This document shows positions 38,141 to 45,635 of a stretch of 56,400 nt of DNA, one piece after another (position 1 is the stretch's first letter; each line of letters starts with the position of its first letter). The notes beneath the pieces were generated by a model. That model made no database searches. It saw only the letters and a program-made list of their open reading frames with translations, and was not told the DNA's origin. The position numbers and the translations under genes were made by a program. Location: positions 1 through 56,400 of the forward strand of contig WGDP01000205.1 in the NCBI GenBank assembly GCA_015493215.1, read 5' to 3'. Source of the stretch: Bacteroidales bacterium. GTDB taxonomy: Bacteria; Bacteroidota; Bacteroidia; Bacteroidales; F082.

Positions 38141-38761
38141 TTAACAACCTCCTGAAGCGGCTTTTTCTTTTTTCTTTCTTCTTACCTTTATCTTGGCTTT
38201 TTTAACACCGGTATCGGTTTTAATGCTGTTTCCTCCGGTAAAGTACATTCCGGCGGCTTTGCGAAACTGATAAGTTTCAAAAGCCGTTTTTGGTGCCGTT
38301 TCAGGAGGTTCAACCGGGTTAATGATGGTTTCTATCCAACAATTAAGGCCACCCTTCATCACATAAATGTTTTTGTAACCAAGCCTGGTTGAAATTACCC
38401 ACGCCTGATCGGACATAATATCATCGTTACTAAAAAATACGGCATTCATATCCTCAATGCCAAGGTTATCCTGGCCTTCCGGTGTAAGGATGTCTTTTAA
38501 CGGAACATTAACGGCATCGGGAAGCGAAAATTTATCGTATTCATCGGCAGGCCGTACATCAATCAACTCAAGGGTAGGGTCGTGTTCGATAATCATTTTT
38601 GCCACCTGATCGGTAGTTACGTACCTAGATGGCTGTGTAATATCAAGCAACAATTTTTCTGGCTTAACTTCATGACTAACCAACTGCTTTTTAGGAACAA
38701 AAAAGGTTCCCAGAGCCAAAAGCAGCATCAAAACGGTAAGAAATATATAATTTTTATTCAT
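38141..38761 (-). CDS. Membrane-anchored/secreted rhodanese-like protein without canonical active-site Cys; identical C-terminal tail ending SGGC
   Basis: N-terminal hydrophobic segment and rhodanese markers (LELIDVRPADEYDKFSLPDAVNVPL ... AVFFSNDDIMSDQAW). The catalytic-loop Cys position holds Ser. The C-terminus is KVRRKKKEKAASGGC*. Confidence 0.7.
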   Translation of the reverse strand: MNKNYIFLTVLMLLLALGTFFVPKKQLVSHEVKPEKLLLDITQPSRYVTTDQVAKMIIEHDPTLELIDVRPADEYDKFSLPDAVNVPLKDILTPEGQDNLGIEDMNAVFFSNDDIMSDQAWVISTRLGYKNIYVMKGGLNCWIETIINPVEPPETAPKTAFETYQFRKAAGMYFTGGNSIKTDTGVKKAKIKVRRKKKEKAASGGC

Positions 38762-38765
38762 AATA

Positions 38766-39368
38766 TTAGAATTTATATTCTTTGGTATTTTTTCTTACTT
38801 TCTTTTCTATTTCGGCACTAACCCAAAAAGCGGCAAGAGCAATTACCGTAAACCCAAAGGCAAACCATGGAGCTGCAATGCCGGTTACATCGGTAAGTGT
38901 AACATTGCCCATGCTGCCACTGTAATAGTAATCTTTAAACAGCGGAAAGCTCTCTCCGAAAATAAAGATTCCTATAAATAGACCGATGGCAAAGAAAAGG
39001 GCATCCATTTTACCAATGGCAATGGCGGTAAAACTGGTGCCGGGGCAAAAACCGCCCATGACAAAGCCAATGCCCATGATTACCGATCCCAGTATCATTG
39101 GCGACAGATAGGTTGGCAAAATAAATATTTTAGACAGGTCGAGCCATCCAAAATAATCGAAATAGAGTAATCCGACCATTGCAACAATGACAGCGGTAAA
39201 AAAGACGCGAAGCACCACAAAGTTGTAGCCATAAAAAACACCGGCTAAATTTCGGGATGACGAAAATCCGGAAGCTTCGAGCAAAAAACCGAAAGCGATA
39301 CCAATTAATATGGCAATTACAAAGTTCCAGTCTCCGGTAATTATTTCATTTGGTATTAAAGGTCCCAT
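38766..39368 (-). CDS. YeeE/YedE-family sulfur-compound transporter, half-size subunit
   Basis: Polytopic, Gly-rich membrane protein with the conserved Cys motif MGGFCPGTS typical of the YeeE/YedE (sulphur transport) family. Confidence 0.8.
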   Translation of the reverse strand: MGPLIPNEIITGDWNFVIAILIGIAFGFLLEASGFSSSRNLAGVFYGYNFVVLRVFFTAVIVAMVGLLYFDYFGWLDLSKIFILPTYLSPMILGSVIMGIGFVMGGFCPGTSFTAIAIGKMDALFFAIGLFIGIFIFGESFPLFKDYYYSGSMGNVTLTDVTGIAAPWFAFGFTVIALAAFWVSAEIEKKVRKNTKEYKF

Positions 39369-39388
39369 TGTACTATATTTTTATAAGA

Positions 39389-39922
39389 TTATATCCACAG
39401 TTTTCTAAAAAAGTAAGCCACGGCATAACCGGTTCCGAATATTCCGAGCATAACAATTACACCGCCAAACGAGAAGGATGCAGAACCCACCAAAGCAGCA
39501 CCGCTGGTACAACCTCGTCCAAACTGGCTGCCAAAACCAAACAGTGCGCCGCCAAGGACGGCAAAAATCAGACGTTTTGAACTTGTAGTGTGTTTACCAT
39601 GTTCAATTCTGAATTTTTTAATCCTTCCGTAAATAACACCCGATAACAATCCTCCTATTAATATTCCAAACGATTCATAAACCAGCCAGTTGTTCATGGG
39701 TGATTTATCTTTGGGAATATATTTACTAAAGTAGGGATTGTTTTCGGCATGTTGCGGAGCAATTGCGTTTACAGTAGTTACAACAGTACTTTTAACCGAG
39801 CCACTGGCACCAAGGCCGCGTCCGGTAATATAAAAAGTAACAACAACCAACAGCCCCAGTAAAACGCCCCCGAAATAGGGGTTCAGATAGTGAGGCTTTT
39901 CATTAATTTTATGTTTATTCAT
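39389..39922 (-). CDS. YeeE/YedE-family sulfur-compound transporter, half-size subunit
   Basis: Polytopic membrane protein with GRGLGASG and the FGRGCTSGAALVG Cys motif of the YeeE/YedE family. It pairs with the adjacent half. Confidence 0.8.
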   Translation of the reverse strand: MNKHKINEKPHYLNPYFGGVLLGLLVVVTFYITGRGLGASGSVKSTVVTTVNAIAPQHAENNPYFSKYIPKDKSPMNNWLVYESFGILIGGLLSGVIYGRIKKFRIEHGKHTTSSKRLIFAVLGGALFGFGSQFGRGCTSGAALVGSASFSFGGVIVMLGIFGTGYAVAYFFRKLWI

Positions 39923-39939
39923 CGTTCAATGTATTTAAA

Positions 39940-40881
39940 TCAATATAAATATCTTGTAATCTGGCCTGCTTCAAGAATTACGAACCGGAAAATAAGGCCG
40001 CCCAATAGAATCAGAAATGAAGGTATCCAGACCGGTACATGGTATCCGCGCAGTTCAAAAATTTCGAGGGTAGCCGGAAAAGCCAGCCCCAGCAACACTA
40101 CGAAAACCCAGAAAGTAACGGTAAACTCACCACCCAAAAACAGTTTGGCAGCTTCGTGAGCAGCTTCCGATCCGGCCTGAAATCCCATAATCATGTGGAT
40201 GATAAAAAACAGCTCCACAAAAATAAATATCAGATCGATGCGGGTAAGCACCTTACGTTCGTATTTGCTTTTCGACATCCATATAATGGCTGCCAGTCCG
40301 GTTGAAAACCCGGAAACTAAAAACAGCGGGCCTAAAATGGAAGTATTCCACAATGGGCGGGCGTTAAAGGCCGACAATAAAATACCGGTATAAACACCAA
40401 GTATTACCGACAATATCATCATAATCCAGGCCATAGCCTTACGGTATTTTATCACAAAAGCTTCAAAGGTATCGAGCCAGGCAAAGGGCCATTTCCATTT
40501 CGGGAACACCTCTTTCAAGTAGGAGGCAGCCCAAACAATTGATAACGGAGTAATGGCCATCAACACCCAGGCACCCCACGACATGGGCGACTGAAAACGG
40601 ATAATGGTATAAAGCCTCCAAAAATAAAGTTTATGGTGAAGGTCCAAAAACAGGGCTCCTAAACCAATAACCAGGATAAACGGAACTAACATGGGCGCCC
40701 ATTTAATGGTTGCTTTCATGTCGCGTTCCTTGTGCATTACATAAAAATAGCCGGCAAAAAACAAGATACCTGCTGCGAGGCCACCCAAAAACAGGTAGAG
40801 TGGAATTTCCCACGTCCATAAGTGGAGGTAGGGGTCGATATGTGGAATATTACGTCCGCTGACAAATAATTCTTCTTTCAT
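39940..40881 (-). CDS. psrC: NrfD/PsrC-type polytopic membrane quinol-interacting subunit
   Basis: 313 aa with ~8 TM helices and an N-terminus (W.WEIPLYLFLGGLAAG) characteristic of NrfD-family anchors. It lies directly downstream of the FeS and molybdopterin subunits. Confidence 0.8.
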   Translation of the reverse strand: MKEELFVSGRNIPHIDPYLHLWTWEIPLYLFLGGLAAGILFFAGYFYVMHKERDMKATIKWAPMLVPFILVIGLGALFLDLHHKLYFWRLYTIIRFQSPMSWGAWVLMAITPLSIVWAASYLKEVFPKWKWPFAWLDTFEAFVIKYRKAMAWIMMILSVILGVYTGILLSAFNARPLWNTSILGPLFLVSGFSTGLAAIIWMSKSKYERKVLTRIDLIFIFVELFFIIHMIMGFQAGSEAAHEAAKLFLGGEFTVTFWVFVVLLGLAFPATLEIFELRGYHVPVWIPSFLILLGGLIFRFVILEAGQITRYLY

Positions 40882-40897
40882 TTTCCTGATATTTTAA

Positions 40898-41431
40898 TTA
40901 GGTAAGAAAATATAATTGTGGTTTGGTACCTGCTTCGGGAGCCAATACTTTCCATTTTCTGTTTTTCAATATCTTCGACACATCGCTGTTGGGGTCATCC
41001 AAATCACCAAAATGGAGGCAATGTGTAGGACAAACATCCACACAGGCCGGATTTTCGCCATCGGTAACACGGTGTACACAAAAGGTACATTTATCAACAT
41101 AACCTTCCGGGTGGGGATAACGGGCATCGTAAGGGCACGACTCAATACAGGCACCACAGCCAATACACTCGTCATGGGTTACCAATACGATACCGCCATC
41201 AACAATATGACTGGCGCCCGTGGGGCAGCACCTTACACAGGGAGCGTTTTCGCAATGATTGCATCGCTCCGAACGTAATTCAATTTCCAATTTAGGATAG
41301 GTACCTGCCACGTTTTCCACAATCCAGTCGCGGCAATAGCCGTGGGGTACATTATTTTCGGTTTGACAGGCAACTACACAGTCGCCACATCCGACACATT
41401 TTTTGGTGTCAACCGCCATTGCGTATCTCAT
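40898..41431 (-). CDS. psrB: 4Fe-4S ferredoxin-type electron-transfer subunit (PsrB/PhsB-like)
   Basis: Four Cys clusters (CVGCGDCVVAC, CNHCENAPCVRCCP, CIGCGACIESCP, CTFCVHR...CVDVCP). Its start overlaps the psrA stop by 4 nt. Confidence 0.85.
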   Translation of the reverse strand: MRYAMAVDTKKCVGCGDCVVACQTENNVPHGYCRDWIVENVAGTYPKLEIELRSERCNHCENAPCVRCCPTGASHIVDGGIVLVTHDECIGCGACIESCPYDARYPHPEGYVDKCTFCVHRVTDGENPACVDVCPTHCLHFGDLDDPNSDVSKILKNRKWKVLAPEAGTKPQLYFLT

Positions 41432-43686
41432 GCGTTAACCTCCTTTCCTGGTTTTTCTTTAAGAAATGTAACAAAATTTCCGCGCATTCCGGTGCCGCCC
41501 ATTATTGGATCCATGTGTATTTTACTAACAAGTTTAGAATCGCTGGCACCATGGCCGTAAGCCCGGGTAAGTTTTTTATCGGTATGGCCAAATCCATGCA
41601 CGAGATATACCGAATCCCATCGTATTCGCTCGGTGACTCTGGCTTTTACAGGAAAGTCGGTAACAATTCCATCCTGATTTTTTAACCAAATATATTGGCC
41701 GTTTTCAATATCCCAAAGTTTGGCAACTTTCGGGTTAATCCACACGCTGTTTTCTTTCATCAAATCCCAAAGGTTATGGTTATTTGATGTTCTGGAAAAG
41801 GTGTGCATGGGTGCTCTGCCGTAATTCAGCCTGTAGTAACCGTCAGCAGGCTCTTCATGATGGGTATATTTAGGCATCGGGTCGTATCCCTCCATTTCCA
41901 GCTCGGTAGAATAAAGCTCAATTTTTCCTGTGTTGGTATTAAACTCAAAATCTTCAAGGTTTTGAAGGAAATAGAGGTCATCAAATTCGCGGTTGAATTT
42001 TTTAACCCCGATACGTTTCATCTCCTCCAATGAGGAACCAACTTTTTTCAACTGCCAATCAAGGACATCTTCGTAGTTTTCGTAATTGAAATAATCTCCC
42101 AAACCTAATCTTTTGGCCAATTCTTTTGCAATCCACCAGCCCGGTTTGGTTTCGTGTTTTGGTTCGGCAGCAGGCATTCGCAATGCGATGTATGGTTCCC
42201 GGTGGGGTGACGTACGAATGGGGTCGTAGCGTTCGAGGTAGGTGCATTCGGGAAGCACCACATCAGCCAGTTGAACAATGTCCATGGGCATGGTGTCGAT
42301 AACTACTAAGAAATCGAGATGACTGATGGCTTCCAGTGTTTTTTTCTGATCGGGCAACGAAGCCATCAGGTTGGTGCCATAAACTATCCATCCGCGCAGG
42401 TGGCAATCCAAATCTGCGTTAGGAATGGATGCGTCGCAAATTCCGGTTGACAACACCTCTGTTACAAGTTTATATTTACCGGGAGGATAAGCATCTCTCC
42501 ACGATCTTTTTGGTTTAGGATAAGGTGGTGCCGGGTATTTGGGCAGATGTACCTTTTCAGGGTTATAAAATCCGCCACGACGGCCCCAGGAGCCTAACAG
42601 GGCATTTACAATGGCAATGGCTCTTGACCTTTGGGTATCATCGCCGTACCAGGTAACATGTCTTCCGGGATGCACAAGCACTGCAGGTGATGCAGCGGCC
42701 ATTTCACGAGCTGTTTTGCGGATAACATTGGGGTCGATGGTGGTAATACCGTAGGCCCACTCAGGCGTCATGTTTTTAACATGTTCTTTTAACTCTTTAA
42801 AGCCAAAAGTATATTTTTCAACATAAGCTTTATCATATAAATCTTCGTAAATAATAACATGCATCCAAGCTAACAAGAGAGCAATGTCAGTGGCGGGTTT
42901 AATGGGTAACCAGTATTTTGACTTGCTGGCGGCAGTGCTAAATCGTGGGTCAACGGTAATAATAGTTGCCCCCTGGTCTATGGCCTCCGACATTTCCTGT
43001 ATTTGGCCATTGTGCATATTTTCGCCAATGTGCGAACCAATTAAAACCAGACATTTGGTATCGCGGATATCGGTTCTTTCGGGCGACATAACATCTTCGC
43101 CATAAGTAGCTGTAAAAGCAACCTCGCGAGGTCCGCGGCATTGAGCAAACGAAGGTGCAGTAATGTTGGGTGAACCGTAAGCTTTTACCAGATGGCTAAA
43201 ATGTTTTCCGCCCGTTCCGTGCGAAAACAGTGCTAAACACTCAGGGCCATGTTCTAACCGAAGTTTATTCATTTTTTCAGCAACAAGGTTAAGTGCTTCA
43301 TCCCAGCTTGCTTTCCTGAAATACTGAGTGCCGTCGGCTTTTGTTTCTCTAATCAGAGGCGTTTGCAACCGGTCCTCGTCCCAATACATGCCTACTCCGC
43401 CGGTTCCACGCGGACAGAAGCGGCCGTTGCTGTGTGGGTCATCCTTATTACCAATTATTTTACGAATATTGCCCTTTTTATCTACATAAGTAAAACCTGC
43501 GCACTTCCAAAAGCAAACTTCGCAGAAAGTGGGATAATTGGTAAGCTCCTCATCACTCACAGGTGATGTGTCACCATCGGCAACAAACTGGGCAGTTACA
43601 CTGTCCCAGCTCAGAGCATGTAGGCCAATAGCGGCTGCTCCTACCCCTGCTGCACTAATTTTTATAAAATCCCTTCTTGTTTTCAT
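41428..43686 (-). CDS. psrA: Molybdopterin oxidoreductase catalytic subunit, polysulfide/thiosulfate reductase-like (PsrA/PhsA family), Tat-exported
   Basis: Twin-arginine signal MKTRRDFIKISAAGVGAAA, N-terminal FeS motif CEVCFWKC...C(PRG), and a candidate Mo-ligand Cys in SFAQCRGPR. Size is ~750 aa with a psrABC gene order. Confidence 0.85.
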   Translation of the reverse strand: MKTRRDFIKISAAGVGAAAIGLHALSWDSVTAQFVADGDTSPVSDEELTNYPTFCEVCFWKCAGFTYVDKKGNIRKIIGNKDDPHSNGRFCPRGTGGVGMYWDEDRLQTPLIRETKADGTQYFRKASWDEALNLVAEKMNKLRLEHGPECLALFSHGTGGKHFSHLVKAYGSPNITAPSFAQCRGPREVAFTATYGEDVMSPERTDIRDTKCLVLIGSHIGENMHNGQIQEMSEAIDQGATIITVDPRFSTAASKSKYWLPIKPATDIALLLAWMHVIIYEDLYDKAYVEKYTFGFKELKEHVKNMTPEWAYGITTIDPNVIRKTAREMAAASPAVLVHPGRHVTWYGDDTQRSRAIAIVNALLGSWGRRGGFYNPEKVHLPKYPAPPYPKPKRSWRDAYPPGKYKLVTEVLSTGICDASIPNADLDCHLRGWIVYGTNLMASLPDQKKTLEAISHLDFLVVIDTMPMDIVQLADVVLPECTYLERYDPIRTSPHREPYIALRMPAAEPKHETKPGWWIAKELAKRLGLGDYFNYENYEDVLDWQLKKVGSSLEEMKRIGVKKFNREFDDLYFLQNLEDFEFNTNTGKIELYSTELEMEGYDPMPKYTHHEEPADGYYRLNYGRAPMHTFSRTSNNHNLWDLMKENSVWINPKVAKLWDIENGQYIWLKNQDGIVTDFPVKARVTERIRWDSVYLVHGFGHTDKKLTRAYGHGASDSKLVSKIHMDPIMGGTGMRGNFVTFLKEKPGKEVNA

Positions 43687-43777
43687 CCTTAATATATTTA
43701 ATGAACTATCACTTTGTCAATATGATATAAACAGTAATGGTTGTATATATGTATAGGTGTTTATATGATATTTGTCA

Positions 43778-43785
43778 CAAAATTA
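43778..43785 (-). promoter_or_regulatory. Candidate -7 promoter box (TAATTTTG on minus strand) for the psr operon
   Basis: The plus strand reads CAAAATTA, ~92 nt upstream of the psrA ATG. It is embedded in an imperfect inverted repeat (43773-43802). Confidence 0.3.
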
Positions 43786-44033
43786 TGTAATAATTTGTGA
43801 TAGTACATTGTTTGAACCGAATCTATATTAGGTTTCAAACACCTGATTATAGGTGAGTTATGAATTATGCCTCATATAAAGGGTGAGCTTTAACCCGTTG
43901 GTATTATGCAGATTACATTATTTATTTGAAAAGAAAATAAATTAGATATATTTTTATTGAAGTAATTTGGTTCTAAATTACTAAATGTTATGCTTTAAAC
44001 AAAAGAAGCTACAACTTGTTGGACACTCAAATA

Positions 44034-44061
44034 AAAAGGGCTACCAATCTGGCAGCCCTTT
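44034..44061 (-). terminator. Rho-independent terminator after the cytochrome b-PAS gene
   Basis: On the minus strand, aaagggctgcc-agat-tggtagccc is followed by tttttatttg, about 25 nt downstream of the stop at 44086. It separates the octaheme/cyt b unit from the psr operon. Confidence 0.55.
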
Positions 44062-44085
44062 CCTTCTTATTACCCAATTATTAAC

Positions 44086-45615
44086 CTAAACTTGCGCTTT
44101 TTTAAGCTCTTCTTCAGCTAGTTTGCGGTCTGTTTTATCAACAATATACCCTTCAACACCAACTATTTTACCATTTTCCACAACAGGAGTCATGGTAATA
44201 GAATGATATCCAATAGAGCCATCTTTACAGTAGCGACGGGTTATTCCCAAAGGAATGGTTTCGCCTTTCATTACTTTTTCAAACGATTTTTTTAGTTTAA
44301 CAAAGTCTTCTTTGGTACGGCTTAATGAATAATGCTTGCCAATAATTTCATCTTTGGAGTCATATTTATAAAGTCGGAGCCAGGTATCGTTAACTTCCTG
44401 ATAAAAACCCTGACTGTCAATACGGAAATAACCCACATCTTTAGATTTGACAATTTGCTCATAAAACACATTGGATTTGTGCTCTGTTGCAATTTTCTTT
44501 TCAAGGGCTTTTTCGGCTTCTACCTGAGGGGTGATGTCAATAATAAACCCTTCTAATCCTATAATATTTCCATCTTTATCTTTAATAGGTGCAGCTGAAA
44601 CGGTATGATAGCCAATGGTTCCGTCTTTACAAACGCGCTCAACCCTTTCGCCGGTAATTATTTCACCTGAAAGAATCTTATCAACTAATGCGGTTATCTG
44701 TTTTTTGCCTTCGGGGGTTCTGTCAAGCGTTACATCTGTTCCAATAACACTTTTTTTATCGGTACATTTGTAAAGCTTCAGCCAAACTTCGTTAACCTCC
44801 TGATACTTGTGATCTTTACCAATCCGGAAGTATCCCACATTGGAGCTAAGCAGTTTTTCGCGAAGTCGTGTTGATTCGGTGTTGATACCCAGCTTTTCAA
44901 CCACATCATCGAAAGCAGTTTCAAACACGCCCTCTTTTTCTATTGTTCCCCGGCCACTGATACCTTTTCTACTGGTAATTAGGGCAACTTTCAGGTTCTC
45001 TTCCAAAGCAAGTTCCGCATCTTCATCCGACATCTCTTCCCAACCGGTAAGCATTGCTTTGATAGCAGAAAGTGGCCTGTGTCCGGTAGTTGTTAAATAA
45101 ACATGGCCAATAACAAAACCTAACAAAAGAAAGGCTCCAAAAGTATGAAGGTAAGCAACAGGTTGGAGGCTTCCCACAACACTTTGGTCAACCAGCGAAA
45201 CATAATACATGTACACCAAACCGCTAAGCACGACGATTGGAATAATCAATATGCGAAGGCCTAAATAGGTCATGCGCTGTAACGGATTAAACTTATTGTA
45301 AACCGTTTTACGGGTGGGGTGGGGTGCATTACTAAAAATGCCGGTGATATAATACCTGATTTGTGCTTTTAGTAACTTGGTTGACGGAACGTACTGACGC
45401 CACTCGCCGGTTGTCATATTCCAAAACTGTGTAAAAATAATCAGAATGATAAATGACCAGGCCAGATTGCGGTGAATGAAAACTGCTTTTTCATATCCCA
45501 GCAATGTGTAAGTACCATGAACTTCAAAACCGGTAACAGCCAGCAATAAAATCAGCAAGGCCTGTGTCCAGTGCCAGAAACGTTCGTATCCTTTATATAT
45601 TAATACTTTTTTCAT
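44086..45615 (-). CDS. Fusion protein: PhsC/Ni-Fe-hydrogenase-type di-heme cytochrome b (4 TM) plus two tandem PAS domains
   Basis: The N-terminal ~200 aa carry ERFWHWTQALLILLLAVTG, IHRNLAW, NPLQRMTYLG and LHTFGAFLLLGFVIGHVYL (PF01292-like). Two ~120-aa repeats follow, starting VGYFRIGKDHKYQEVNEVWLKLYK and VGYFRIDSQGFYQEVNDTWLRLYK, each ending in a PAS-type ...DG(T/S)IGYH...G.(I/V)(I/V)G(L/V)EG(F/Y)I(I/V)D(I/K)T. Confidence 0.75.
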   Translation of the reverse strand: MKKVLIYKGYERFWHWTQALLILLLAVTGFEVHGTYTLLGYEKAVFIHRNLAWSFIILIIFTQFWNMTTGEWRQYVPSTKLLKAQIRYYITGIFSNAPHPTRKTVYNKFNPLQRMTYLGLRILIIPIVVLSGLVYMYYVSLVDQSVVGSLQPVAYLHTFGAFLLLGFVIGHVYLTTTGHRPLSAIKAMLTGWEEMSDEDAELALEENLKVALITSRKGISGRGTIEKEGVFETAFDDVVEKLGINTESTRLREKLLSSNVGYFRIGKDHKYQEVNEVWLKLYKCTDKKSVIGTDVTLDRTPEGKKQITALVDKILSGEIITGERVERVCKDGTIGYHTVSAAPIKDKDGNIIGLEGFIIDITPQVEAEKALEKKIATEHKSNVFYEQIVKSKDVGYFRIDSQGFYQEVNDTWLRLYKYDSKDEIIGKHYSLSRTKEDFVKLKKSFEKVMKGETIPLGITRRYCKDGSIGYHSITMTPVVENGKIVGVEGYIVDKTDRKLAEEELKKAQV

Positions 45616-45635
45616 TTTTTCAAGATTTAATAATA

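Noticed and set aside
41428-43686. Selenocysteine (in-frame TGA) as the Mo ligand in PsrA, considered because selU is in the window
   Set aside because: The ORF is uninterrupted and the candidate ligand position (SFAQC) is an ordinary Cys codon.
43773-43802. Canonical CRP-binding site in the psr promoter
   Set aside because: TCACA and TGTGA half-sites are present, but in outward orientation and with ~17-nt spacing, so they do not fit TGTGA-N6-TCACA. I kept it only as an imperfect inverted repeat of unknown meaning.
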